Below, piece after piece: positions 18,810 through 27,982 of a DNA stretch of 56,776 nucleotides. Positions within the stretch are counted from its first letter, which is position 1, and every line of letters begins with the position of its first letter. The notes below the pieces were generated by a model. The model ran no database searches and was not told where the DNA came from. It worked only from the letters and a program-made list of their open reading frames with translations. This stretch comes from Escherichia phage Seurat, in the sequence record NC_027378.1; one strand, 5' to 3'. Made by a program: the position numbers and the translations under genes.

Positions 18810-20618
18810 ATGGCAACTCGTTTACGTGGTACTTTAGTTGATGGTTTGAACAAGCCTATTATCAACGCTACAGTTGCGCTTTTAGCTAAAGGAAACAGTC
18901 TTACCGTATTATCCGGCAGCGAAGCTATCTTTAAAACAAGTGCAACCGGAACTTATGATATTACAGTCCAGACAGGTTATTACAAGGTTATTATCGGTCC
19001 ACAGGGCGTAGAGCCATATAAAGCTGGTGAAATTGCTATTTACGCGGATAGTAAAGAAGGTACGCTGAATAACTATTTAACTACATGGGCACCGGAAGAA
19101 TTAACTCCGGAAGTTATTGCTCAGGTAAAAGATTTGGTTGCACAAGCAGAGACGGCTAAGAATGCTTCAGCTTCGTCTGCTACTAAATCCGAGCAAGAAC
19201 GCGTTAAAGCAGAAGCTGCTGCTAGAAAGGCAGAAGACACTGCTAATGGTATGAAGGCGTCTATTGGTCTTAGCAATGTTCCAAGACATGTAGCAGATAT
19301 TAGTGGAAACCCTTCTGAGTTCTTAGGGTTTATACGCATATTAAGGACAACTACTGTCGGTTATCCTTCAATTGCTTCTGGTGAAACAGTATTAGCTGGT
19401 TTTGTGTCACCGATGGATGGAACTCCAGGATATACTGGTGTATTTGTTGGAGATGTGACTGGGACTTTATATACTTACCGTTGGACTTCAGTTACTGGCG
19501 CTATATGGTGGAAACATGTAAAATCAGAAACAATAGACAGATATACACAATTATCCGATTCCACTACTATTTATAATGCGTCAAAGAGCGCTACCCTTGT
19601 CATAAAAGATACTAAAACTTGGGGAGCTTGGGACAATCAAAGCTCCAAATACATACCTCTGGCAATAGCACAGGGTGGCACTGGAGGGGTTACTGACGCG
19701 GACGCTCGTACAAACTTAAAGCTTGGCGCTAACGATACCCCGCAATTCAGAAACCTTAATCTTGTTACCGTAGCGGACACGGCGCAAGCCCCTTCCGGTA
19801 TTGTAAGCGGTTATTTAAATAATAGCTCTGGAGTTCAAAGATGCCGCTACCGCATATATTCTGAAATACGCGGTGACAATAAAGCGTGGTTAACCTTACA
19901 CCTTCAATCAGACACAGCAACAAATAAATATGCTGGTCTAAGCGTTGATGGTAATTTTCAAATCAATGGAAGTTTTATCGGTAACGCTTTAAGTCTTAGT
20001 GATGTCCCTACTTCTAAAGTAAATCTTCAAATTAATAGATTTGTTCAGAACACTGGTGAAACTGATGTGGTTAACCATGCAGGGACAGCTCAAATTTTTA
20101 TCACTGATAATAAAAATTGGGGAGCTTACGATAAAGAATCAAAGCGCCATATTCCTTTGCCCATTTCACAAGGAGGTACTGGAGCGGTTACTATTGCTGA
20201 TGCTAAAACCAATCTTCAAATTCCATCTGTAGGTGGGGGTGATTGGTTAACTTATAACGCCCCTCCTGGCGTGGAAGCTGGAAAGTATTATCCCGTTATT
20301 ATTGATATGGCGTATAGTTCTTTATATGCTTCCGGCGCTTTTATAGATATAAAAACAAAATCCGCCTCTGGCGATGATCCAATGAACTGCTGCACTTTTA
20401 ACGGTTTTATCCGATGTGGTGGTTGGAGCGATCGTAAAGACTTCGCAGGGGATTTTATTAGTAAGTTTCTTGGTATGCAACCAGAGCAGCCTGTAGAAGC
20501 ACGCGAGCATATTAGCCCGTGGCCACCCATGATTGATCAGGAAGTGCTGCAACCAAAGACCGCTCAAACGGTCCCTCAGAAACCGGAGCAGAAGGTGAAA
20601 CCAAATGACGAAGAATGA
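18810..20618 (+). CDS. side tail fibre / receptor-binding protein
   Basis: Track start is GTG at 18798, reset to the ATG at 18810 (RBS GGGAGA); two internal repeats (KTWGAWDNQSSKYIPLAIAQGGTGGVT... and NKNWGAYDKESKRHIPLPISQGGTGAVT...). Confidence 0.7.
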   Translation: MATRLRGTLVDGLNKPIINATVALLAKGNSLTVLSGSEAIFKTSATGTYDITVQTGYYKVIIGPQGVEPYKAGEIAIYADSKEGTLNNYLTTWAPEELTPEVIAQVKDLVAQAETAKNASASSATKSEQERVKAEAAARKAEDTANGMKASIGLSNVPRHVADISGNPSEFLGFIRILRTTTVGYPSIASGETVLAGFVSPMDGTPGYTGVFVGDVTGTLYTYRWTSVTGAIWWKHVKSETIDRYTQLSDSTTIYNASKSATLVIKDTKTWGAWDNQSSKYIPLAIAQGGTGGVTDADARTNLKLGANDTPQFRNLNLVTVADTAQAPSGIVSGYLNNSSGVQRCRYRIYSEIRGDNKAWLTLHLQSDTATNKYAGLSVDGNFQINGSFIGNALSLSDVPTSKVNLQINRFVQNTGETDVVNHAGTAQIFITDNKNWGAYDKESKRHIPLPISQGGTGAVTIADAKTNLQIPSVGGGDWLTYNAPPGVEAGKYYPVIIDMAYSSLYASGAFIDIKTKSASGDDPMNCCTFNGFIRCGGWSDRKDFAGDFISKFLGMQPEQPVEAREHISPWPPMIDQEVLQPKTAQTVPQKPEQKVKPNDEE

Positions 20619-20889
20619 AGGTATTGATAAAGTCGTTGAAGGGCTTTCTATTCGTGCTCATGTTATAGCAGACGAAGGTCATGATCAACTCACAATTATG
20701 AAATCTGCATTTAGTGATTTTAAGTCTCTTGGAAACTTAAGCGGGTTAATGACTGTGGTGTCGACCGGAAAATTAACCCAGCAGCAAATCAGTCTGGCTC
20801 AGCGTATTGCTGTTAAAGTTATTGCGGTACTTGGGATGATTGAAGCTGAAAAGCCCAGTTCCAAGCAGGATAACGAAAGCGACCTTTAA
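20605..20889 (+). CDS. hypothetical protein (possible fibre assembly factor)
   Basis: 94 aa; overlaps the fibre gene end. Confidence 0.35.
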   Translation: MTKNEGIDKVVEGLSIRAHVIADEGHDQLTIMKSAFSDFKSLGNLSGLMTVVSTGKLTQQQISLAQRIAVKVIAVLGMIEAEKPSSKQDNESDL

Positions 20890-20900
20890 GGAGGTCTACT

Positions 20901-21104
20901 ATGTGTGGTAATACTAACCGTTGCTGTCTAGGCAGTCCTGCAACACAAGCAGGTATACTTCAGGGGCAATTAGCTCAAGCGGCGTGTAATTGCAAAACTT
21001 TTCAACCAGTAGCTCCAACTCCTGTGTTTGTGAATGCTTTTGCACCGCCTGTTTTCAATACTTTTGGCGTATACCCATACGGTGCTTTCTTTCGTATATT
21101 CTAA
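20901..21104 (+). CDS. small Cys-rich protein of unknown function
   Basis: 67 aa; strong RBS AAGGAGG; MCGNTNRCCLGSP...CNCK then hydrophobic C-terminus; followed by a terminator. Confidence 0.45.
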   Translation: MCGNTNRCCLGSPATQAGILQGQLAQAACNCKTFQPVAPTPVFVNAFAPPVFNTFGVYPYGAFFRIF

Positions 21105-21111
21105 GAAGAGA

Positions 21112-21136
21112 AAAGGGGCAAACGCCCCTTTCTTTA
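21112..21136. terminator. bidirectional intrinsic terminator between convergent blocks
   Basis: AAAGGGGC-aaac-GCCCCTTT hairpin with T-rich flanks on both strands. Confidence 0.65.
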
Positions 21137-21415
21137 ACGCTTATGAAAAGCTGACAGGATTGCAAGTGTTACAGCACCCAATCCGACGACGGTAGCATAA
21201 GTGAGTTGGTGTTGAACTTTAACAAAGCCATAATAGGTGCTAGGGATGTCTACAATCCCAAACGCCATAGCAAAGCTGGTCCCAAGCAGTGCTACAGCAA
21301 GGGCGCGTAATAACGCCCTGCTCATTGCTGTAAAGCCCTTCTCATTACTATCTCCGGTCATTATAACAACAATGATTAGAAATAGCGAAACGACAACTAA
21401 TAGATATTCCATCAT
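21134..21415 (-). CDS. small membrane protein
   Basis: 93 aa with about three hydrophobic segments. Confidence 0.45.
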   Translation of the reverse strand: MMEYLLVVVSLFLIIVVIMTGDSNEKGFTAMSRALLRALAVALLGTSFAMAFGIVDIPSTYYGFVKVQHQLTYATVVGLGAVTLAILSAFHKR

Positions 21416-21618
21416 TTGCGTCTCCTGTACATGTATTGATCATACGCAGTCGCAATAATAGTGACTGGCCAGCAAACAAGTATACATAGAAGACTCACAA
21501 TCTTCTCCCAACGTTTCTTATGAGCTAATGCATAATCATAATTATTCCAACAAAAGAAATAAGTCATTGCCGCAATGATTGCACCAATTACAAAATACAT
21601 AACCACATATTCATTCAT
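21412..21618 (-). CDS. small membrane protein (2 TM)
   Basis: 68 aa, two hydrophobic helices, basic C-terminus RRRK. Confidence 0.45.
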   Translation of the reverse strand: MNEYVVMYFVIGAIIAAMTYFFCWNNYDYALAHKKRWEKIVSLLCILVCWPVTIIATAYDQYMYRRRK

Positions 21619-21806
21619 TTAGCAAACTCCCAAATTAGATTATAATTATTGCCCGCGGGTACATAGCGCCCTGGACGTGAGTTGAAGCTTTTCACTGAAA
21701 ATTCCAGCGTTCCAGCGCTATATAGTTGTACTTTTTGCCCGTCCCACGGTCCACCAATTAGCTTAAAAGTCTGTCTGTAACCTTTTGCTGCTCTAGCCAT
21801 ATTCAC
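21615..21806 (-). CDS. hypothetical protein
   Basis: 63 aa; overlapping start/stop with neighbours. Confidence 0.4.
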   Translation of the reverse strand: MNMARAAKGYRQTFKLIGGPWDGQKVQLYSAGTLEFSVKSFNSRPGRYVPAGNNYNLIWEFAK

Positions 21807-21842
21807 TCCTTAAAATACCCGCGCGAACGCGGGTATTATTTA

Positions 21843-22049
21843 TTACGCTTCCGGTGATTCCGGAGTTGGCTCATCTGGAACAACAATAACGTCAGCTAAA
21901 ACCTTCAACGCTTCTTGCTGCTCAGCGGTCATATTATTCCAGTAATAGACGTGAATGTAAACTACTGGTTTGTCACCATGTTGCCACGGTTCGCGACTTA
22001 CTGCATCCACACCTAAATCGCTTGCTACGCTCTTTTCTTTACCAGCCAT
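21843..22049 (-). CDS. hypothetical protein
   Basis: 68 aa, acidic C-terminus. Confidence 0.4.
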   Translation of the reverse strand: MAGKEKSVASDLGVDAVSREPWQHGDKPVVYIHVYYWNNMTAEQQEALKVLADVIVVPDEPTPESPEA

Positions 22050-22081
22050 GCTAATATACCCCTTTAAGGTTTTACACGCGG

Positions 22082-22375
22082 CTAGCCCCCAAAAGTACCC
22101 CTATGATCAAGGGTTCTAATGCGCTGCTCCAGCCAACGTGCGTTCTTTTCAAAATGTTTATTGGTACGCGCTGCTTTGCACGCATCAATAATACCTAACT
22201 CACATCCAAGCTGCGTTTGTCCCATCACGTAAGAATGAGTTAACATGCTGGATACAAGGTCTTCACATTGTAACTTAATAGGATGGTCTTGGCATAGTTT
22301 CTTTGCTGCATCTTTTAAATCCACAGCTTGGACACCAGGCGCTATCAGCAAAGTTACGAGTAATAAACGTTTCAT
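22082..22375 (-). CDS. secreted (periplasmic) Cys-containing protein
   Basis: 97 aa; signal peptide MKRLLLVTLLIAPGVQA with AxA cleavage motif; four Cys in the mature part. Confidence 0.5.
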   Translation of the reverse strand: MKRLLLVTLLIAPGVQAVDLKDAAKKLCQDHPIKLQCEDLVSSMLTHSYVMGQTQLGCELGIIDACKAARTNKHFEKNARWLEQRIRTLDHRGTFGG

Positions 22376-22659
22376 TATGCTTTCCCTTTACGACATAAGG
22401 CTTGAAGTTCAAGAAGCGCATCAATGTCTTCCTGTGGAGTTACACCAACGTGAATTGGATATTTAGCGCGACATTCGTAGCCAACTTCAACAGTGTGGTT
22501 AATGTAGCCGTAAACACATCCACCAATAACAGTGAAGATAAGCGCAACAATCATTGCAAGGTACTTACCTTGTTTGCGTTCTTCATTTTGTTTATTAAGC
22601 TGACGGTTAAGTTCCACCGCGTCGATTTTACCTTTATTGTAATCGTCTACTAAGCTCAT
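22375..22659 (-). CDS. single-pass membrane protein
   Basis: Reset to the ATG at 22659 (RBS GAGGAG); central TM helix YLAMIVALIFTVIGGCVYGYI. Confidence 0.45.
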   Translation of the reverse strand: MSLVDDYNKGKIDAVELNRQLNKQNEERKQGKYLAMIVALIFTVIGGCVYGYINHTVEVGYECRAKYPIHVGVTPQEDIDALLELQALCRKGKA

Positions 22660-22684
22660 TTTGTATCTCCTCTTGTTGTATGCA

Positions 22685-22713
22685 TATATTAAAACAGACC
22701 CGCGAAGGGTCTG
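22685..22713 (-). terminator. intrinsic terminator after the DNA polymerase gene
   Basis: CAGACCC-ttcgc-GGGTCTG followed by TTTTAATAT on the minus strand. Confidence 0.55.
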
Positions 22714-22723
22714 CAAGTAGAAT

Positions 22724-24709
22724 TTAGGCGTATCCCATGTCTTCGAGATACTTCTCTGCTTTAGCTATATAAGCATCATAATCTATGTCGTCCGGCACTT
22801 TATCCGGTAGCGTCATGATCGGAACACCTCCCGCGCTACCAGCTACACGGTTGCCCGTGTTAGCATAGATTATTTCAGGTGTTTCTTCATTAGTGCTTAA
22901 GTACCAGCGTACAACCTTACCCAAAAATTCGCCATTCCATACCGCGCCGCCTTTTACCGCACGTAGGATAATGAATTTTCTAATATCGTTGCAATTGCGT
23001 ATAGTACGAGAAACAGGCGTACCGTGGGCCAAACATTCACATACAGCTTCCATAATGATCTCACCAGTACAGTTCTTTTGAAGACCTGTCTTTGCGAACC
23101 ACCCTTTACGTTTAATTTCAACATTTCCTTCCTCGTCAGGTTCTTTTACTGCAACATAGTTATTGACGTTAGCGCTGTACAGCTTGTCATAGTAGTTGGA
23201 CTCCATTTCAAAGCCTGTCACGGATTCCCACCACTTGATCATATTATCAACGAAGTCCTGCATATGGTCCGGATACTTAACCACAATACCATCCGTGTTC
23301 GCTGAAATTACTTTAACACCATTTAACTCAAATGCTTCAATAAGCATCAACAGTGATAGCTGCCCTGTTAATGTAACTTGTATCAATAATTGCGGCGCGT
23401 AAAGGACAGACCACATAGACCCCAGCTTACCAAACGATCCGTTAATAACGATCTTCAGCGTGTTGGCTGTGTTCTTGTCTCCGCTGTGCTTAGCTGCAAT
23501 ACGGCGGTCTACAATACTTTTATAAACACGAAGGAACGCTGGTCCCAACTGTTCTGGATATAAGCCCTGATTAAGAATGATTGAAGGATAATAAGACGTT
23601 ACGTCAATGTCCCGCTTTTTGATACCAGGCTCTTTACCGTGGCCAGCACACTCTTCGGAGCTATGTAAACCACCAATACCCATACGGTAGACACCGTCTG
23701 CAATCTTGATCTCAAGACCTGTTAATGCTGGAGGTAAGCTGACACCACCGTTATCGCTAACAATAAAGCGACAGTCCCGAACAATATCAAGAACACTATT
23801 CATCAAAGGTGTTTGAAAACGAATAAAGTCCGGTATGTTGTATGCATACTTTGTTCCAGGATAAACTTGCGGACGCTGTGGGCGCACGCCCGTTAACGCT
23901 TGGATTTCGTGCTTAATTACGTCTTCTGCAATCTGTGCATCGGAGCGTGAACGTAGATCCACACCGTATTCTTGCGACATAATTTCACGCAAGTGAATAG
24001 GCTCTTGCAATGCAATAAAACATTCTTCTGTTTGTACAAGGTCGTTAATACAGTACCAGCGTACAATTAACATCTGGTCCTGCGTTAACATGGTATTGGG
24101 TTTGAACGGTAAATCCTGCATACGTCGAGTATGTACACGTCCGCCGTATTGTTTCAAACCGCCGGACCCAGGCAGCACTTCCATGATATCAATGTGGTTA
24201 ACGTTCTGCATACGCTTGAGACGGTAACTTTTCAATACATCCGAAGGACGCCAGTCTTCAACGATTATCTTATCGGTCGCGTCTTTAAGCTGCGCATTAG
24301 AACAGCCGTTAAGCGCAAGCGTAGCAATGGGCATATCGTACCCGTTACCGTTAAAGCTTACGATAAGGAAGTTTGTCATTACCCAGTTAAGTAATAAGCA
24401 ATTCAAACTACAACCGTGATACATCTCGAAGTAGACAACTTTCTTAGTTCGCACTCCGCGAAATGCAATTAAAAAATAATTTGGATAACATTCTATATCA
24501 TATACAAGCGGTTCGCGGTTAATCCATGCTTGAATAAGTTCGTCCTGTGTGTACAGGTTGTATTGGAAGTTCCGCGCTTCCTCAAGATTAGGCAAATAAT
24601 CCGGGCGCTCCCAAGTGCGCTCCGGCGGTAAACGTTTAACCTTTTCTTTTTTTGCTTTTGGCTCAGGCGGTAAGTCCTGCCAAAAGAAACCAATAGCATC
24701 TGTCCGCAT
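22724..24709 (-). CDS. family B DNA polymerase with 3'-5' exonuclease domain
   Basis: Exo motifs YDIECYPNYF, FNGNGYDMP, WYCINDL; polymerase motifs DVTSYYPSII, KIVINGSFGKLG, SANTDGIV; track start is TTG at 24763, reset to the ATG at 24709. Confidence 0.8.
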   Translation of the reverse strand: MRTDAIGFFWQDLPPEPKAKKEKVKRLPPERTWERPDYLPNLEEARNFQYNLYTQDELIQAWINREPLVYDIECYPNYFLIAFRGVRTKKVVYFEMYHGCSLNCLLLNWVMTNFLIVSFNGNGYDMPIATLALNGCSNAQLKDATDKIIVEDWRPSDVLKSYRLKRMQNVNHIDIMEVLPGSGGLKQYGGRVHTRRMQDLPFKPNTMLTQDQMLIVRWYCINDLVQTEECFIALQEPIHLREIMSQEYGVDLRSRSDAQIAEDVIKHEIQALTGVRPQRPQVYPGTKYAYNIPDFIRFQTPLMNSVLDIVRDCRFIVSDNGGVSLPPALTGLEIKIADGVYRMGIGGLHSSEECAGHGKEPGIKKRDIDVTSYYPSIILNQGLYPEQLGPAFLRVYKSIVDRRIAAKHSGDKNTANTLKIVINGSFGKLGSMWSVLYAPQLLIQVTLTGQLSLLMLIEAFELNGVKVISANTDGIVVKYPDHMQDFVDNMIKWWESVTGFEMESNYYDKLYSANVNNYVAVKEPDEEGNVEIKRKGWFAKTGLQKNCTGEIIMEAVCECLAHGTPVSRTIRNCNDIRKFIILRAVKGGAVWNGEFLGKVVRWYLSTNEETPEIIYANTGNRVAGSAGGVPIMTLPDKVPDDIDYDAYIAKAEKYLEDMGYA

Positions 24710-25449
24710 TAGACACGTTCTCCAATTAATACACCGCGAAGATTTTCCCCAAAGAATGCGCAAGGTTGCGGATATAAACTAAAGTCCGCAGTCTTAACCA
24801 CATTTTCGAGTAATAACAGGATGTCGATATTGTAAACTCCCGTTATTGATCTGTCCTGCAATACGAAGCTTGCACCTTCTGCATCATCATAATGAGTACG
24901 CGCTAGACCGTTTTCAATATATACGCGAGGACGATCTTCCGCAAAAGGTTTGATTTTATGCAAGCCCTCAAAAAGACCTGGATCAACAGGATGTGCATTG
25001 CATTGAACATTTAAAATACGACGTATATCAGGCCACTCCGCATCAATAAGCTGTGTTCGCAACCAGCGACCTTCCGGATAATGAAACGTCACATTGTTCT
25101 TGCTGACCTGAATATGTGTCGGGTTAGCTTTAATGCGCAGTATTTCTTTAATAGCAACAGACGGTATTATGCAGTCAATAGGGAATTGATTACCGAACCA
25201 ATATTCCGCAATGGTGACGTTATTTGTAGCAAACAGGCTACCGTTATTGATCAGAATACCGCAAGCCCACGGGCGGGATGCATCTGAGCCTACGAACGGA
25301 GCAACGGACTTCACACCGTGTACGAAGCGAGCACCGTCTATTTCGTATAAATTGCCTTCAGGGAATACGTGAGGTGTTTCCTTGTCAATACAGCGTATAG
25401 CAACACGAAACGGTCCGGACTTGATATTAAGTTTACCGTTAGCCATCAT
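24709..25449 (-). CDS. hypothetical protein between DpdA and the DNA polymerase
   Basis: About 247 aa; start set at ATGATG preceded by AAGGAAAA; stop overlaps the polymerase ATG (TAATG). Confidence 0.45.
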   Translation of the reverse strand: MMANGKLNIKSGPFRVAIRCIDKETPHVFPEGNLYEIDGARFVHGVKSVAPFVGSDASRPWACGILINNGSLFATNNVTIAEYWFGNQFPIDCIIPSVAIKEILRIKANPTHIQVSKNNVTFHYPEGRWLRTQLIDAEWPDIRRILNVQCNAHPVDPGLFEGLHKIKPFAEDRPRVYIENGLARTHYDDAEGASFVLQDRSITGVYNIDILLLLENVVKTADFSLYPQPCAFFGENLRGVLIGERV

Positions 25450-25609
25450 TGTTTTGTTTTCCTTGTGCATTAAACCATGTACCTGACGGATCCTGCCATT
25501 GCTTAGGTGTCTTGTGGAGAAATACTACTCTGTTTTCACCGTAATAATTAATTCTTACGCCTGTGTGAGTATATTTACGTTTACCTTTTGGTCTTCTTAA
25601 GTTAGCCAT
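25439..25609 (-). CDS. small basic protein (56 aa), not in the ORF track
   Basis: ATG overlaps the DpdA stop (TGATG); MANLRRPKGKRKYTHTG...; no internal stops. Confidence 0.3.
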   Translation of the reverse strand: MANLRRPKGKRKYTHTGVRINYYGENRVVFLHKTPKQWQDPSGTWFNAQGKQNNDG

Positions 25610-26529
25610 CAGAACAACTCCATTACACGATCACGGAATGTGCCGTCATGGGTGGCGTTAATGTTTGCAGCAATTACACCATACGCCCATAAGTTGAAGG
25701 CAGCACGTGATTCATAGATTGTTGATAAACGTTCGTAAGTGAAACCGTTTTGCTCAAGGTATTTAAGGACAGCGTCTTGTTCAATTTCAGTTAATGTTGA
25801 AACATGCTTACCAAAATGATGGCGGTCCGGTGACTTATCTGAAACGCGCATTGGTCCCCACGGAGGGGTAACCACACTTCCAAACGCTGCCGCTTGTATC
25901 CAGGAGGATGAGTCGCAGCTATACCACGGGTAACGTTCCATAATGGTTGTGGACGTAATACCAAACGCATGAAGTTTAATCTTAGCACGTCCGCTACCGT
26001 CGCAAATGTATTTGTCCCACATGCGGTCAAGCCAAGTCTTAAGCGTGTCCGTGGAACGCCCTACCATGCCCCCGATGGTGATATATTCGTAGTTCTTCAT
26101 GTAGTATTCAAGATAGCGGAAGTCCTCCCCAAAGTGAAAGCAAGGTAACGGTTTAGCACCGCGTGCTTCCATTTCAAGCTGGTTACGGTAGGTTTGTAGC
26201 GGATCACCGATACCATCGAGCACCGATGCCATCACCGCACCATCTTCTACGCGAAGGATGTCTTTGTTACGCTTAATGTATTCGCAGTATTCAACAATAT
26301 CAATGTGAGCACCCAAAGAGTGCGCGGAGAATGCACCGGAGTCGAGAAACACTTTAGCCCCGTCCGCACGCATCTGATCAACATACTTTTGACGTCCAAC
26401 GTAGTGGTATGATTCCAAAATATGGGGCAGATTGCGCGTGATATTTTTCTCATGCTCCGACAGCTTTTCATAACGCTGCTGCCCGGGCATATATCCGTTT
26501 GTGTAAACTGCTGCCATAAAAACGTTCAT
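25609..26529 (-). CDS. dpdA: DpdA-like DNA-guanine transglycosylase (TGT family)
   Basis: FLDSGAFS motif matching the catalytic DSGGFQ region of tRNA-guanine transglycosylases; sits in the preQ0 gene cluster. Confidence 0.7.
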   Translation of the reverse strand: MNVFMAAVYTNGYMPGQQRYEKLSEHEKNITRNLPHILESYHYVGRQKYVDQMRADGAKVFLDSGAFSAHSLGAHIDIVEYCEYIKRNKDILRVEDGAVMASVLDGIGDPLQTYRNQLEMEARGAKPLPCFHFGEDFRYLEYYMKNYEYITIGGMVGRSTDTLKTWLDRMWDKYICDGSGRAKIKLHAFGITSTTIMERYPWYSCDSSSWIQAAAFGSVVTPPWGPMRVSDKSPDRHHFGKHVSTLTEIEQDAVLKYLEQNGFTYERLSTIYESRAAFNLWAYGVIAANINATHDGTFRDRVMELF

Positions 26530-26732
26530 TTTTGGAATGGTCCTCCAAACTGATCAATTAGTTCTAAGGTACGCCATGCATTATTAAATGCTTCGTCCGC
26601 TTGATGTTTAGCGTCAATAAGCTGCTGCTTTAAGACATTTGTAGGAGCATCATTCTGTATTGCAGAGCAAGCATCCGCAGTACCTGCTTTAAGCTTGTAG
26701 AATGCAGCTTCTAAAATTAATTGTCTTGACAT
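26526..26732 (-). CDS. hypothetical protein
   Basis: Start reset to MSRQLILEAAF... with RBS GGGGGA. Confidence 0.35.
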   Translation of the reverse strand: MSRQLILEAAFYKLKAGTADACSAIQNDAPTNVLKQQLIDAKHQADEAFNNAWRTLELIDQFGGPFQK

Positions 26733-26803
26733 ATTTCCCCCAATGACTAAAAAGCCCATACCAGTATTATGACCGATATGGGCTTGATCTGTAAAGCTAT
26801 CTA

Positions 26804-27412
26804 TTATTTACAAGCTTCAAGGAACTCCCGGCGCCATTCTTTACCAATATCGCTACCATGCTCCAGTTCTGTAGCGCCCCGGAACGCTTTGGTAATAGTA
26901 GAGCTTCCGCATACCTGCTTGACGCCACGACTTTCCATGCACATATGCTTGGCGTCAATATAAACACATACCGCTTTCGGATTCAGGTGTTCCTGGATAG
27001 CGTCAGCAATCTGGTTAGTTAGTCTTTCCTGAACTTGTAAGCGGCGTGCAAAAGCGTCAACCACACGAGACAGTTTGCTAAGCCCCACAATGCGACCGTT
27101 CGGGACATACCCCACAACAGCACGACCAATAATGGGAGCCATATGGTGCTCGCAATGACTGTAAACAGGAATATCCCGTACAATAACCATTTCATTAGTA
27201 TTTTCCGCCCCATCCTCAAAGGTCTTAAACAGCCCAGCAATATCTACATCGTAACCGCTAAACCATGTAGCATAGGCTTTAGCGACACGATCTGGAGTCT
27301 CTGCTAATCCTGGACGTAACTTAATGCAATCTTCAATCTGAGTTAGTAAAGTATGCACCGCGCGAGCAATACGGAATTGAGTACCTTCGTTATCAATAGT
27401 AAATTTTGGCAT
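26804..27412 (-). CDS. folE: GTP cyclohydrolase I
   Basis: 202 aa with the FolE signature YSHCEHHMAPIIG. Confidence 0.9.
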   Translation of the reverse strand: MPKFTIDNEGTQFRIARAVHTLLTQIEDCIKLRPGLAETPDRVAKAYATWFSGYDVDIAGLFKTFEDGAENTNEMVIVRDIPVYSHCEHHMAPIIGRAVVGYVPNGRIVGLSKLSRVVDAFARRLQVQERLTNQIADAIQEHLNPKAVCVYIDAKHMCMESRGVKQVCGSSTITKAFRGATELEHGSDIGKEWRREFLEACK

Positions 27413-27448
27413 GGTTTGCAGTTTCCTTGTTTGTTAATGTGGTCATAC

Positions 27449-27982
27449 TTACAGACTATAGTTTACGTGACATTTCGAAGTTTCTTCGATGGTGCATTCT
27501 ACAAGTTGAACACCATGTTCGTCAAGCAGTTGCGACCCAATTACTTCAACCATGTACGCAGCCAGGTTTTCTGCGGTCGGGTTGAAAGGCAGCGCTACCA
27601 GCGAGTCAAAGAAATGGTATCCGTCCTCTTGCTCTACCACGTCATACCCTATAGCAGCGTCGTGACGTAAAAGAGCATCGAGCCCTTTAATGAGAGGATC
27701 ATTTTCCCAATGCAGGAATTTATGATCCCAGTTATCTTCCAGCCATTGGCAGAGCGTAGTTTTGACCACACTAAAATCAATAACGCGCCCAACATCGTCC
27801 AGTTTACCTTCAACGGAGAAACCTTTCGCACCCGGGATGTAGTTTTCGCTTTCTACGCGCTTCGGCGCAACCTTAAAATGAAACTTATAGTTATGACCGT
27901 GAAGGTGGCGACACTTGCTTTCATGTCCTACAACACGATGTCCAGCACAAATTTCATGTGAACGAATTACTGTATAGCTCAT
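27449..27982 (-). CDS. queD: 6-carboxy-5,6,7,8-tetrahydropterin synthase
   Basis: CAGHRVVGHESKCRHLHGHNYKF zinc/catalytic motif. Confidence 0.85.
   Translation of the reverse strand: MSYTVIRSHEICAGHRVVGHESKCRHLHGHNYKFHFKVAPKRVESENYIPGAKGFSVEGKLDDVGRVIDFSVVKTTLCQWLEDNWDHKFLHWENDPLIKGLDALLRHDAAIGYDVVEQEDGYHFFDSLVALPFNPTAENLAAYMVEVIGSQLLDEHGVQLVECTIEETSKCHVNYSL

Noticed and set aside
24710-24763. N-terminal extensions in the ORF track (for example DNA polymerase 24710-24763, also 46594-46653, 15325-15336, 18798-18809, 52270-52281)
   Set aside because: These start at TTG or GTG, not ATG, and lack an RBS, while an in-frame ATG with a good RBS lies just downstream; some extensions run through terminator hairpins or the iteron array.
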